Assembly (NCBI GenBank): GCA_034521025.1
Contig: JAXHMZ010000005.1
Span: 126,796 to 190,795 of the forward strand
DNA: 64,000 bases
Origin: Candidatus Campbellbacteria bacterium
GTDB taxonomy: Bacteria > Patescibacteriota > Minisyncoccia > Phycocordibacterales > JAXHMZ01
Direction: 5' to 3'
Of the stretch, positions 10,887-21,649 are shown in pieces. The notes under the pieces are model-generated. The model had not been told where the DNA came from, ran no database searches, and saw only the letters and a program-made list of their open reading frames with translations. Each line of letters begins with the position of its first letter. Position 1 is the stretch's first letter. The position numbers and the translations under genes were made by a program.

Positions 10887-11348
10887 ATGAAAAAAGATAT
10901 TCCAGTTTCAACACTTCTCGAAGAGATCCTGACGAGGATGCTTGTTTCATTTGAGAGAATAGACGAGGTGGATGATAGTATTGGTATAAATCGCTTTAAT
11001 ATTATCTCTAAAGATGACTCGCCGCTTTTGATAGGTCCTCGCGGGGATAATTTACAGGCGCTCAATACGCTTTTAAAACATATTAAAGAAAACCACGAGG
11101 GTTCCGAAGACCTCTCTTTTATTATAGATGTAAATGATTATCAAAAAGAGCTTTTAGAAGGTCTGCGCAATCAGACAAAGATCATTGCCGAGCGCGTAAA
11201 GCTTTTCAAAAAAGAACTGCCCCTCTCCAGTATGAGCGCTTACGAAAGAATGATCGTTCACGCGGTAGCCAAAACCATAGAAGGTATAAAAACTCGATCC
11301 GAAGGCCAAGGCAGAAAACGCTATGTGGTTATAGAGCCGGCGGACTAA
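10887..11348 (+). CDS. jag: Jag/KhpB-like KH + R3H RNA-binding protein.
   Basis: C-terminal R3H-like segment (ERMIVHAVAKTIEGIKTRSEGQGRKRYVVI). Classic position after yidC. Confidence 0.7.
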   Translation: MKKDIPVSTLLEEILTRMLVSFERIDEVDDSIGINRFNIISKDDSPLLIGPRGDNLQALNTLLKHIKENHEGSEDLSFIIDVNDYQKELLEGLRNQTKIIAERVKLFKKELPLSSMSAYERMIVHAVAKTIEGIKTRSEGQGRKRYVVIEPAD

Positions 11349-13232
11349 TTAACTCTCCCCGGTAATTGTCTCCCAGTAAGCTTGCAAAGGACACATAGTT
11401 TTATCTTTAATAAGGTCGAGGTTTTCCGGTGAAACATCAAGAAAGCCGGAGTTTGGGCAGCCGTTTTTAGTGGACCAGTTGTCGCTATCATTTTCCCCGA
11501 AGATGCACTTATCGTTCTCAAATGTCTCGAGGTGTAGATGTGGTTTAAATGTATCGCATGTTCCACCACCCGAATTGTATCCCGGATTATCTGACTTAAA
11601 GCCTATCGCATCTCCGGCTTCAATTGGATCACCCGTGGAGACGTCACCAAGTTCTATGTGAGTCAGGATCCACGCTCTGCCATTTTCATCCACAATTGCT
11701 ACTTTATCATTTGCCGTTCTCCCGCTCCCCTCCGCGTAACACCCAGTATCCATATTTCTCATAATTTGTACTTCGCCGCTAACTGGACTTGAAATTGTAC
11801 TAACATCATCCCTATTTGTTCTGATATCTATTCCGGCGTGGTACTTACCTTGACTCTCTATATATTCTTCGTCGTTATAGTATCCGCTTGTTTGGTAAGC
11901 CCTGGTGCCCATCTCGTTTGCGAATTGCTCAAAAAGCTCCTCGAGTTCTTTGCGCGCTTCTTCCCCTGCGCCTTCAAATGCAGGAATTGAATCAAGTGTT
12001 TCCGGGTTTGCGTCACAAAAAGCCTCATCCCACTCCGCATCACTTAAGTCCAATTCTTCGATCACAGGAAATGGACTCGTAGCCTCTTCTTCACAGGTTG
12101 CTTCGTCTGTTTCTGTTACACAATAGTAACTTCCAAATTCGGATGAGACGTTACTATAATCGAAAACAAGTCTTCCGCCCACATCAGAGCACTCTTCTGA
12201 GATAACCGCTTCCACTTCGTCCACATCTTCATCTTCAGAAAGAAGATAGCAGCCCCCTGGAGATTGGCTTTGGTCATTCAAACTATCAGCGGCAAATTCA
12301 ACGCTGTAATGTGCGTCATTGTCAAAACTATCTCCAGATATATCTTCGGTTATGTCCGCGTTACCACAGAACATTTGTCTTTGTTCGGTGGTTGATGGCC
12401 TTCGAAGCTCATCCTGGAAACATTGCTCGGGCGTACCAGGCTCAAACAGCTCGTCAGCAGCGGCTTCACATTCGCTCATATCAACAGTAAGTCGAAATGG
12501 TATTTCGTCCGTTGTACCGACCTGTACTTCGCCGCCGACAATTTGACATACGGAAGCGTCCCCCGGACCACGATAAAAGTCAATATATTCATCCTGTGTA
12601 AAATTAACGCCATCCCAATTACGCACTGAATCGGGGTGACTCCCCGGACACAACGGAAGATCGCTTACGTTATCAACGGGAATATTTGTTTCGGTATTGG
12701 TGATATCGCCAGTACAAAATGTATCAAAGTCCGGAGGGGGCTGTCCTTCTCCTGGCGGCGGATCAATCCACGGCAAATTACCAAAGTCAGAACTAACGGT
12801 AACAGTCCCCGCTCCCCCAATAAGGAAAAGAAGCACATAACTAGCCACAGCCAAAAGCAAACCAACCAAAGCCGCGGTGATAGTATCCTTGGCAGATCCC
12901 TTGGTAGTAACAGAGTCACTCGTCATATACTGTACACCACCAAATATCAACGCCACCACGGCAAACAAAATAGCCAAAGAAACACCAAGTCTGTACACGA
13001 TCTTCAGATATTCACCCAAAGGATTCTCACTATTTTCTACATCACCTGGCTCAAGACCGGGAAGAGGGGCGAGGAGGCTGTATCCCTCGTCTTCCTGCGC
13101 CAGCGCCGGTGTAGGAGAAGAAACTAGAGCGAACGCCGGAATAACAAGGAAAGCGAAAATAAAAATATAAGCAACGGTAGAACGTACGTATCTCATGTTT
13201 ATGCTTTGCCTCTTATAGTCCATCAACTTCAT
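11349..13232 (-). CDS. Large secreted protein: N-terminal VirB2/TrbC-like pilin domain (near-identical to ORF 14724..15209), a Cys-rich acidic middle region, and a C-terminal M23 (LytM-type) metallopeptidase domain.
   Basis: Signal peptide plus two hydrophobic helices shared with the 161-aa pilin-like paralog. M23 motifs YHAGIDI and PHLHLE near the C-terminus. Confidence 0.6.
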   Translation of the reverse strand: MKLMDYKRQSINMRYVRSTVAYIFIFAFLVIPAFALVSSPTPALAQEDEGYSLLAPLPGLEPGDVENSENPLGEYLKIVYRLGVSLAILFAVVALIFGGVQYMTSDSVTTKGSAKDTITAALVGLLLAVASYVLLFLIGGAGTVTVSSDFGNLPWIDPPPGEGQPPPDFDTFCTGDITNTETNIPVDNVSDLPLCPGSHPDSVRNWDGVNFTQDEYIDFYRGPGDASVCQIVGGEVQVGTTDEIPFRLTVDMSECEAAADELFEPGTPEQCFQDELRRPSTTEQRQMFCGNADITEDISGDSFDNDAHYSVEFAADSLNDQSQSPGGCYLLSEDEDVDEVEAVISEECSDVGGRLVFDYSNVSSEFGSYYCVTETDEATCEEEATSPFPVIEELDLSDAEWDEAFCDANPETLDSIPAFEGAGEEARKELEELFEQFANEMGTRAYQTSGYYNDEEYIESQGKYHAGIDIRTNRDDVSTISSPVSGEVQIMRNMDTGCYAEGSGRTANDKVAIVDENGRAWILTHIELGDVSTGDPIEAGDAIGFKSDNPGYNSGGGTCDTFKPHLHLETFENDKCIFGENDSDNWSTKNGCPNSGFLDVSPENLDLIKDKTMCPLQAYWETITGES

Positions 13233-14535
13233 CTACTCCGGGGATTATTAATTCCTCTGTCTGGTCCAAAGAAAACGCCCACAAACTCATATCTGCTTTA
13301 TTGTTAAATATCAAATATTCTTCGCTCTCAGATATGAATGGTTTATAAATATCAATGTTTTCACTGTCCGTCTCACTTGGAGAATAGATCTCTTGCGCGT
13401 TGCCCTCACTCGCGTCTATCTCAAATATAGAGTCCGAAAAAGAAGTCTGCCCCTTGTACCAAACGTCCGGATACATTCCCGATCCAATATCTTCCGGCAC
13501 TCCGCAGTAAGCCGTCTCGGTATCAGCCCACACGCACTTTTCTGGCAGTGTTTCTATGAAAAGATCGCGGGAATTTCCGGTTGCAGTGTTGTATATATGA
13601 ACACTTAGGTTGCTCCTTCCGCTGACCGAATAGAGAATGTAGCTCCCGTCGGGATTAGTGAGGGTGGTCAGTCCTTCCTCGTCGCCAATATTTCTTTCCA
13701 GCTGGCCGGTGGAGATAGGAAGGTCGTATGAATAACCATCGGTACGTCCACTGGCTTTTGTTGTCATATTGACTGTACCCGAAGAGAACCACTGCGGTAA
13801 CCACTCTGAGAATGATGATGAGAATACGGCGCTCTGGTTTGTACCATCAGGAGCGGAGACAATTCCCGTCGTTTTCGTAGGGGCGCTGTCAAGCCAAAAT
13901 ATTTCACTACCTTTCGGTGAGGAAACCAATTGTGGTATGTCGTCCTGCAAAAATTCTCCACTGAGCTCAAAAGGTGTTTCTCCGGCTTCTAGCTCACTCT
14001 CTTTTTCCACGAGCGCAGCCGTATAGGTTTTGATGGTCTGATTGTCTTCATCGAGATAGCGCAAAATTACACGATCGCCTCCGGAGGTCCAAATTGCTTC
14101 GTGTATTCTCGGTATTGTCGTACTAGATAGTCTTTCCTTCTCGAGAGACTCAAGATCAACGTCAAACACGTGAGACGATTCGCGCTCCAGTAGGCGTACA
14201 AATTCGTCTTTTGTTGTGTCTGTCTCTGTCTCATCGCTTGTGGGTGGCTCAGATCCTTTCAATACAGTAGTTGCCCCAGCTGTCGGCTCCTCGTGCACTA
14301 GTCGCAAGCGAGATTCGGGGTCAAACACCCCGGAGCCGCTTTCGCGGTCACTTTCCCTTTCGGGATTTGTTCCTTCTCTCGTTTCGCTTGTCTCTCCGAA
14401 GGTCGGTGGCTCGCCGTTTTCTTCGCCGCCTCCGTCATAAAAGAAAACGAAGTATATAGCGGCAATCGTAGCTATGATCAAAGCGATCACTCCGCTAATA
14501 ATAAGGATATTTTGTCGATTTTCTCCTTGGTCCAT
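13213..14535 (-). CDS. Membrane-anchored secreted protein with beta-propeller (PD40/TolB-like) repeats.
   Basis: N-terminal TM helix. Repeats such as DGSYILYSVSGRSNLSVHIYNTATG. Confidence 0.35.
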   Translation of the reverse strand: MDQGENRQNILIISGVIALIIATIAAIYFVFFYDGGGEENGEPPTFGETSETREGTNPERESDRESGSGVFDPESRLRLVHEEPTAGATTVLKGSEPPTSDETETDTTKDEFVRLLERESSHVFDVDLESLEKERLSSTTIPRIHEAIWTSGGDRVILRYLDEDNQTIKTYTAALVEKESELEAGETPFELSGEFLQDDIPQLVSSPKGSEIFWLDSAPTKTTGIVSAPDGTNQSAVFSSSFSEWLPQWFSSGTVNMTTKASGRTDGYSYDLPISTGQLERNIGDEEGLTTLTNPDGSYILYSVSGRSNLSVHIYNTATGNSRDLFIETLPEKCVWADTETAYCGVPEDIGSGMYPDVWYKGQTSFSDSIFEIDASEGNAQEIYSPSETDSENIDIYKPFISESEEYLIFNNKADMSLWAFSLDQTEELIIPGVDEVDGL

Positions 14536-14723
14536 ATGATGATTATATCAGATATAGAATATAAAAATGTTAAGTACAAGTGGATACGTTAGCCAATCTG
14601 TGCCCCTGTTACAGCAACCAAAAATGAAGCTGAATCCAGTGTCTCTACTTCTGAAATATTCGGAGAAGTTATACGCCTTATTCTTTAGCTTTCGAGGTGT
14701 ACTGTACTTCAGACATATAACAT

Positions 14724-15209
14724 CTATCTTCCGCCGCCACCTTCCGGCGGATCTTCGTCGTCAACTCTTACGGAGTCGTCGCTGTCTTCAGATTGAGGCG
14801 GCGGCTCAATCCACGGCAAACTCCCAAAGTCAGAACTAATAGTAACAGTCCCCGCTCCCCCAATGAGAAACAAAAGCACATAACTAGCCACAGCCAAAAG
14901 CAAACCAACCAAAGCCGCGGTGATAGTATCCTTGGCAGATCCCTTGGTAGTAACAGAGTCACTCGTCATATACTGTACACCACCAAATATCAACGCCACC
15001 ACGGCAAACAGAATAGCCAAAGAAACCCCAAGTCTGTACACGATCTTCAGATATTCACCCAAAGGATTGTCACTACTCTCTATGTCATCCACATCAAGAC
15101 CGGGGAGAGGGGCGAGGAGCACATATCCATCATCTCCTTGTGCCAATGCTGGCATTGGAGAAAAAAGTACAACGAACGCCAAGAACAAGGTCGCGAGTAA
15201 TTTTTTCAT
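14724..15209 (-). CDS. VirB2/TrbC-like pilin-type protein (signal peptide plus two TM helices).
   Basis: 161 aa with pilin-like topology. N-terminal about 120 aa are roughly 90% identical to the N-terminus of ORF 11349..13232. Confidence 0.5.
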   Translation of the reverse strand: MKKLLATLFLAFVVLFSPMPALAQGDDGYVLLAPLPGLDVDDIESSDNPLGEYLKIVYRLGVSLAILFAVVALIFGGVQYMTSDSVTTKGSAKDTITAALVGLLLAVASYVLLFLIGGAGTVTISSDFGSLPWIEPPPQSEDSDDSVRVDDEDPPEGGGGR

Positions 15210-15212
15210 ACA

Positions 15213-16265
15213 TTAAGGAGTAATTATTTCAACAGAGCCGTCGCCGGTTTGAAAAATATTGTCATTGTTGGTTACGTGTAGATCTATCTCTGAAGTTCCG
15301 CTTTGTTCGGAAACAAGCGGTAGTTCAGTATTGCCTGAAGTGGTTGTCTCTCTGACGCTCCTGCCGTTAAGCCGCCAGGTGTATTCAAGGGAGTCTTGAT
15401 TGCTAAAATAGTGTGGCTCGGCAACAACCGTAGAACTGCTTCCTTGTGCTAGATCAATACTCTCTGAGATTTCCCTTTCGTACTGAATACCGCCAAGGGG
15501 AGTTTTTCGATAGAAAAGAACCTCCGGCTCAGTTAGTCTGAACGAATCGGACGTAGACCATCTTGAGCCCGACTGTGGGTCCTCCACTTCTACCTCCGCG
15601 GAATGAGTTTTTCTCGTAAATCGTGCCAGTACCAAAATAGAGTTTTTACCGTAGCCGGAATCTGAAGCTCTTCGACCCCCGTCTTTGCTCCAGTTGTAAA
15701 TTAGGTTTTCTGCCGGCAACATTCCACTTTGGTTGCTTACTTGTGGTATTGCCACCATCCTAACTGCGGAATCCATGGTTGGCAGTGCCTTGCCTTTATA
15801 AAACGGATGAGTATATGAATCAACTACTTCCCACAAAAGATCTATGTTAGCGACAGAGAAAGTTATGGTTTGGGTTTCTTCTATCTCAGAGCCTCTGTTA
15901 ACTACGACTTTTACAGTATAGACGCTTCCCAGACCTCCTGCTTCAATGGATATCTGTTTCATACCGACCCCGCTTTCATATTCCTCACCATTGACTATCC
16001 AGGTGATGTTAGAGCTGTCCAAATAACTTCGGCCGTAATGATTCAACGATATCTGTACGGTCTCGCCCGGTTGCGGGCTACTAGTTATTGCTTGTATTCG
16101 TAGAGGCTGTTCAATAGTATCTTGTATTTCCTCCGTGCTTGGAAATTCCGGTGATAACCCCTCCAGGCCGCTTTGGGCAAACGAATCGGTCGGCACAGAT
16201 ACAAAGAGAACGCAAACAAAGGTTGCTATGATCGTTTGTATTTTATTGTTTGCGATGTATTTCAT
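15213..16265 (-). CDS. Secreted protein with Ig-like/Big-type beta domains.
   Basis: Signal peptide. Beta-rich repeats (QPGETVQISLN..., TVKVVVNRGSE...). Confidence 0.35.
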   Translation of the reverse strand: MKYIANNKIQTIIATFVCVLFVSVPTDSFAQSGLEGLSPEFPSTEEIQDTIEQPLRIQAITSSPQPGETVQISLNHYGRSYLDSSNITWIVNGEEYESGVGMKQISIEAGGLGSVYTVKVVVNRGSEIEETQTITFSVANIDLLWEVVDSYTHPFYKGKALPTMDSAVRMVAIPQVSNQSGMLPAENLIYNWSKDGGRRASDSGYGKNSILVLARFTRKTHSAEVEVEDPQSGSRWSTSDSFRLTEPEVLFYRKTPLGGIQYEREISESIDLAQGSSSTVVAEPHYFSNQDSLEYTWRLNGRSVRETTTSGNTELPLVSEQSGTSEIDLHVTNNDNIFQTGDGSVEIITP

Positions 16266-16276
16266 AAACCTCCCGT

Positions 16277-18089
16277 TTATTGATCAAGTTTGTTTTTTGC
16301 TTCTTTGATGGCGAGAATCTGCGCGGGGTCTGAGGTAATTATTTGCTCTTCTGTATACGAGGCGATTATTTTGATGGCAACATGCTTGAGTCCGGCAAAG
16401 AATATTCCCTCTCCCACATCACTCTCCAGCAAAAGATACTTTTCTTCGTCGGTCAGGTTAAAGACTTCTTGCACGTGATCGATCGAGGTGGGAGATTGCT
16501 TCAAGAGTAATTGAATAGAAGAGTTGGTCAAAATTGGCAGACCGTATTCGGAGTTCAAGAAGTCGTCCACGTCCTGGGTTATAGTAGCCACGCCCAAATA
16601 GTACTTGCGACCTCGCTTAACCATACTGTATAGGAATGAAGCAGTGTCTTCGGAGCGCATCATCCACCATGCCTCATCAACTACCAAAAGACGTTTCTTG
16701 AGCTCGAAACGCACAGCGTTCCAGATGAAGTGCGTTATAAGGTACATCGCCATTGGCTTTAATTCGTCTTCCATGTCGCGTATTGAGAACACGATCAACC
16801 TTTGGTCTATATCTACGTTTGTAGGCTGGTTGATAAATTCTGACCACGAACCTTTGGTGTACTTAGAGAGTCTTTGTACGAGAGATTCAGTGCCCTCCAT
16901 TCCGCTCAAGAACCATCTCAAAATCAGACATAAGCGGTGGATCAATGTTAGAAAAGTCGGAATCGGGCGTTATGTCTTTTAGAGCGTATGTTTCGGTAAT
17001 GGCACGGTCGATAATAGCATCTTCTTCCGGCGTTAATCCGCCGAACATAATTCGAAATAAGCCGACCAATTGGATCGTGTTCGACCTGAGCACGTCTGCG
17101 GGGTCCTCGTCTTCTCGTACATCGGGTAAATCAAAAGGATTTATGTGGTGCTCGGAATTTAGTGAAATATTAAAATATCGCCCGCCGATAGCCGTAGCTA
17201 GTTGCTCATATTCACGTTCCGGGTCTATAACTATAACTTCGGTATCGAACATCAGAGTACGAAGTATCTCTAGCTTGGTAGCAAAAGACTTGCCGGCGCC
17301 TGATTTCGCGAAAGAAACCGAGTTGTAGTTCTCGAGTGAAAAACGGTCAAACAAGACCAGCGAGGAATTGTGCCGATTTATGCCGTGGAGGATGCCTTTG
17401 TCTGATGTTAAGTCGAAAGAAATGAAAGGGAAAATACTAGAGAGCGGAGACGTGTTCAGCTTAGAATAAACGTTAAGCTTGTCAGTTCCGAAAGGGAATA
17501 CGCTCATCAGGCCCTGTTCCTGCTGGAATATAGCCGGCTTGATATAAACCAACTTTGCTTCCAGTATGGACCGGATCTCACTTTCGAGCTTATCCAGCTC
17601 GTTTTGGTCTTTTCCGAAAATGGATACATAAAGCCCCACATCGAATAGCTTTTCTTGCGCCTGCTGGAGATCGTCACGAAGACTTTCAAGGTCGGCGAGC
17701 GCTGTATCGAGCATTGGACTACGCACAAGCCCTTTTTGCATACGGGAATTTATCTGAGACTGAACTTCAGCCACCTTTTTTTGAAATTGTCTTAATACCC
17801 GCTCGGTTGAAATTGGATGAACAACAATTGAAATATCGACAATTTTGTCCATATTTATGATCGGAGCGAACCAGCCTTCAGACAGGTATCGCGGATAAGA
17901 GATGACAAAGAAAGTTCGCACCAGCTTGTCTCCCAAGTGGATATCCTTAGGCGTAACCTTTAGGGCCGAAGGAGCGATCACATCCTTTACTTCGAGAGCG
18001 CTGCCCGACGCCATCTCGCCCGGCAAGAGCGATTCGATCGCAGACATCTTGTTTTCTTCTTGATTGTTTTCTTTTCCGAAAAGAGCCAT
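16277..18089 (-). CDS. VirB4/TraC/TrbE-family conjugation/T4SS ATPase. Split by a frameshift in the 16887-16945 overlap; total about 610 aa.
   Basis: Walker A FAKSGAGKSFATKLE in ORF 16887..18089. Walker B LLVVDEAWWMM in ORF 16277..16945. The ORFs overlap by 59 nt in different frames. Confidence 0.8.
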
Positions 18090-18112
18090 ATTATATTTCT
18101 TTATTATATCAC

Positions 18113-18757
18113 CTACTCGCCTTCGGCGGTGTTGGTTGATTCTGTTGGGTTAAATAGCTTGTAATAAAGCTCTATCAATTCCTCCGAGCCCAGGCGCGCG
18201 GTCCGCACTCCGGTCCGCATAAGTCCCTGCTCTACTAATAGTAGGCGTTGTTCGAGTTGGCCTATTAGTTCATTTAAGTTTTCTTCCTTTTGCTCCTCCT
18301 TTTCTTTTTCGTTCTTCTTTTTTCCTCCGAACCCAAGAAAGCCCCCGCTAGATTTTTTGGTGGAAATGATAGCTCCTTGATAAGGAATAACCACAAAGAA
18401 GCTCTTTGACATAATATTAGTAGAATCCGTGAACTGTTTAATGAACTGCATATATTCACGAGTTTGCACCTTTAGAAGTTCGTTGGTTTGAACCGCCTCT
18501 CTTTCTTTGAGCAAGGAAAGATATGGACGTATATCCAGACGCCTGGATTGCACATAGATCTGGATCGGGAAATCAAGTGAGTTCAAAAGATTCTGGAACT
18601 GAAGAATGATCGCTCTTTGCTCGTCAGATCCCTTAAGAGCGAAGTTTATAGAAGAAGCCATAACCACAGCACGAAGCGATCCGTCGTTTAAAACGATCAT
18701 TCCGTTGCGAATTTCTTTTATGGGTACAAATTCTTGTGTTGCTTGTGCGTTTGCCAT
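18113..18757 (-). CDS. VirB4 N-terminal-domain-like protein. It could be the N-terminal portion of the VirB4 gene, ending in TAG 23 nt before the ATPase ORF.
   Basis: Pattern ...IVLNDGSLRAVVMASSINFALKGSDEQRAIILQFQNLLNSLDFPIQIYV... resembles the N-terminal domain of Gram-positive VirB4 proteins. Confidence 0.45.
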   Translation of the reverse strand: MANAQATQEFVPIKEIRNGMIVLNDGSLRAVVMASSINFALKGSDEQRAIILQFQNLLNSLDFPIQIYVQSRRLDIRPYLSLLKEREAVQTNELLKVQTREYMQFIKQFTDSTNIMSKSFFVVIPYQGAIISTKKSSGGFLGFGGKKKNEKEKEEQKEENLNELIGQLEQRLLLVEQGLMRTGVRTARLGSEELIELYYKLFNPTESTNTAEGE

Positions 18758-18758
18758 A

Positions 18759-19214
18759 TTATTCGTTGTCTTTAGCTTTTACTTTTTCTTCTACCTCCAA
18801 GTTCCACGAAATATCTTTTAGCTTACTCTCGGAGAGGTGAGGAACAGCGATAGGTTGGTAGGCGTCATTCACCTCTTCGTGTTCCTTAAGTGTTTTTTTC
18901 ATAGTTTTCCTGTCTTCCTTGCGCTTTTTCCATAGATATAGCTTGTTTTTTGTTATATACCGGAAGGCCGCTTCCAGGGTATAGACAAAGGGTTTTTTGT
19001 TGAACTTGTAGAAAGCGAGAGCCAGAGAAAGTCCGATCACAGGAGCTATAATGAACATTGCGAGATATAAAGGAAGCAGTTGATATATAAAGTAGGAAAT
19101 GCCTGCGCCCCCAATAACATAAATAAACTGCTTGAAGGAAAGCGGGCCGAATATCTTGTCTTCGATCTCAATAAATTGTGGGACCTGAAATCGCATATAG
19201 TTTAATGATAACAA
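18759..19214 (-). CDS. Small 2-TM membrane protein, VirB3-like by position and topology.
   Basis: 151 aa with two adjacent hydrophobic helices. Encoded immediately upstream of the VirB4-like genes. Confidence 0.4.
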   Translation of the reverse strand: MLSLNYMRFQVPQFIEIEDKIFGPLSFKQFIYVIGGAGISYFIYQLLPLYLAMFIIAPVIGLSLALAFYKFNKKPFVYTLEAAFRYITKNKLYLWKKRKEDRKTMKKTLKEHEEVNDAYQPIAVPHLSESKLKDISWNLEVEEKVKAKDNE

Positions 19215-19237
19215 ATATAGCTCTCACTTAATGTGCA

Positions 19238-19753
19238 CTATTCTTCGATCGGCTCTCTGTAAGGATCGTGCTTTGACCCCGGCCCTCGTTTTTCTCCCAA
19301 TATACTCCCAGCTACCGGATCTCCAGTCGGTCTTTCTTCGGTTTTCTCTTGCGAACTTCCTCCAACTTTTTCTTCTGAGGAATCGTCTTCTTGATCCAGT
19401 TTTTTATCTCCGCTCGACTGTGATTTTGGAGACGACAGCCCCTGAACTTCGTTAAACGAAGATCTTACCTTCGAGAAAACGTTTTGGTCTATTTTGGCTG
19501 TGATGTCGTTTGCCTTCTCAAGATTAATTCCAAGTTCGCTCTCAAGATTATAGGCGAATTCTTTAATGTCGGTCATTCCAAACAAAACCATAATTGTTTC
19601 GGCCTGTAGTGCACCGCTTTGTTCATCAGAAAAGCCTTCCTTTTCAACTATAGATTGGATAAAGGATTGAAATTCATCAGATATCGCTATCTCCTGGATA
19701 TCCTCAGGCATCTTTTTAAATTTTTCCGTTAATATTTGTTTTGGATCGTCCAT
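19238..19753 (-). CDS. Acidic hypothetical protein.
   Basis: ORF in an operon-like array on the - strand. Confidence 0.3.
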   Translation of the reverse strand: MDDPKQILTEKFKKMPEDIQEIAISDEFQSFIQSIVEKEGFSDEQSGALQAETIMVLFGMTDIKEFAYNLESELGINLEKANDITAKIDQNVFSKVRSSFNEVQGLSSPKSQSSGDKKLDQEDDSSEEKVGGSSQEKTEERPTGDPVAGSILGEKRGPGSKHDPYREPIEE

Positions 19754-19780
19754 AATTTAGTGAATTATATATGTTTAACC

Positions 19781-20629
19781 TTATTCCTCTTCATCTTCTT
19801 TGTCGCTTCCTTTATCTTCTTTCAGGTGCCCAGAAAGCTCTTCTAGAAGTTGTTCCGGCTTTGATTTCTTAAGATTCTTTCTGACTGCCGCCGCTCGTTT
19901 CTTGTCTATCCTTTCTTCTCCGGTGACGCCTGCACCCACCAAGGTGATTCGATTCCTAATATTTCTCTTTAGCCAATTTTGTTTTTCCAGTCTACGGGCA
20001 AACGCCTCCTGTCTTCTGGCGGTTATGTCTTTTCCGCCATACTCGCTTGCTTCTTTTCTTAGCTGCTGAGCACGCTTAAGCTTCTCTTCTCTTCGGCTTG
20101 CATATATCGTATTTTTAGACTCTTCTTCCGCCTGTTTTGCCTCTCTTAACATCCTCTGCTTCTCCCTTTCTATTTCTTTAGGGGTCGCCTGATATTGTTT
20201 CGAAGTCTCTACTGCCGCTTTCTCGGCCTCCTCTATTCCTTTTTGTACTCCTCCCTTGCCCGCGTTTTGGCTGACCCCTGCATTTTTCAATCCTTGCTTT
20301 TCGAGATTTTTTGTAGCTATCTTGCCTAGGGAAGTTGTTCTTGGGTCAAAGCTAGACTTTGAAAAACGATCAGCGGCTCCAAGAGCCATTCTAGCTGATA
20401 TACCCCGAGCTCCTCCCTCTTCGGCTCTGGCTTGAAGATTTGCGTTCTCTTTTAGTCTGCTGGCTTGAGTTCCAATTGTTCTTCTGCCGGCGAGAGCCAT
20501 TCCTCCGGTCGCGACTCCGAGGCTCATACCTAAGGCGGCTTTACCGGCGTTGTCTGCCATTTTACCAAACTTACCACTGAGGTTTTTGGTGATGTGCAAG
20601 GTCATGAACAGGCCAGCTATCACAAACAC
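19781..20629 (-). CDS. Membrane-anchored Lys/Glu-rich coiled-coil protein.
   Basis: N-terminal hydrophobic/Gly-rich segment followed by charged heptad-like repeats. Confidence 0.35.
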   Translation of the reverse strand: MFVIAGLFMTLHITKNLSGKFGKMADNAGKAALGMSLGVATGGMALAGRRTIGTQASRLKENANLQARAEEGGARGISARMALGAADRFSKSSFDPRTTSLGKIATKNLEKQGLKNAGVSQNAGKGGVQKGIEEAEKAAVETSKQYQATPKEIEREKQRMLREAKQAEEESKNTIYASRREEKLKRAQQLRKEASEYGGKDITARRQEAFARRLEKQNWLKRNIRNRITLVGAGVTGEERIDKKRAAAVRKNLKKSKPEQLLEELSGHLKEDKGSDKEDEEE

Positions 20630-20634
20630 ATAGA

Positions 20635-21648
20635 TTATGAAGAGAGTGACTCAGGGGTTTCGCCATTGCTTGTGTCACCAACTACGGGCACAAACTCTCG
20701 TACCTCTCCAGAAACTTCGACATCTGAGGTATCTATCGCGTTCTCCTCTCTGGCTTGGTAGGCAAAAGTTAGCACAACGAACACCAGGAAAAGAAAGACC
20801 GCGCCAAGTATTGTCCATTTGAAAAGCTCTTCGCGCCATTGCTGGGCGTACTTGCTGAGGATGGGAAGATTGGCTCCGGCGACACCTATAGGTGAAAGCA
20901 CAAAAATAAAGATAAGAGCAAACGTACGTGCCACAAAAAGAATAGCAGCAGAAAGGAAGATCCACATCGACATCAAAATGATTACTGTTTTGAGCAAATT
21001 AATACGCACTCCTTGCCAGCCGTTCTCTACCTGCTCCAGTCTAAAATCGTTGATTTTTTGGATTCCCAAAGCATTCATAAAGCGTTCACTAATCCCCACT
21101 TCATCGCGTGAATTTCCCTCGACGTCTTTACATTCATTACCATCGCCGCACTCTGTAATAGTAGTGTAAAAGCTTGAAGCCAGTATATTCCCCGCGTCTA
21201 CGACAACCTTTGTCAGGAAGAGACTAAAGTTGACCAAAAGTGCCGCGATGATAATGGCAGTGAGGTGTTTTTTCCAATTTATTGACTCAATGCGGAGTAT
21301 CGTACCGATCGCGACATAAAGAAGTATAAAAATGAACGAAATATTTATAATATCTCGGAGAAGAGTCCAAGCTATGTTAACGGAATCACTTTGATAGAGA
21401 TTGGTGGTAATAGAAAAGTCAATTGCTTTGTCAAGCACTGCTCCGATCAAGTATAAAAGCAAAGATAGAATCCCATTAATGGCCGACAAAAGTGTGGAAA
21501 CCATCGTACCGGAGCAGTCTTTGAAGTCTCTGACGAGATTGCATCCATGCGCTACCTCAGCGCCAACTGGGCCGAATGCGAGAAAAAGCACAAGAAATGG
21601 AAATAGTCCGTAAGTGAATATCTTTTTAAAAGCTGGTCGTTTCATCAT
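20635..21648 (-). CDS. Polytopic membrane protein, VirB6/TrbL-like.
   Basis: 337 aa with at least 6 predicted TM helices. Located within the VirB3/VirB4-like cluster. Confidence 0.45.
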   Translation of the reverse strand: MMKRPAFKKIFTYGLFPFLVLFLAFGPVGAEVAHGCNLVRDFKDCSGTMVSTLLSAINGILSLLLYLIGAVLDKAIDFSITTNLYQSDSVNIAWTLLRDIINISFIFILLYVAIGTILRIESINWKKHLTAIIIAALLVNFSLFLTKVVVDAGNILASSFYTTITECGDGNECKDVEGNSRDEVGISERFMNALGIQKINDFRLEQVENGWQGVRINLLKTVIILMSMWIFLSAAILFVARTFALIFIFVLSPIGVAGANLPILSKYAQQWREELFKWTILGAVFLFLVFVVLTFAYQAREENAIDTSDVEVSGEVREFVPVVGDTSNGETPESLSS

Positions 21649-21649
21649 A

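Noticed and set aside
12636-15200. + strand ORFs 12636..13127, 12877..13170, 14793..15200 and 14920..15216, which form near-identical pairs.
   Set aside because: They are mirror-strand shadows of the duplicated pilin-domain coding sequence on the - strand and have no independent support.
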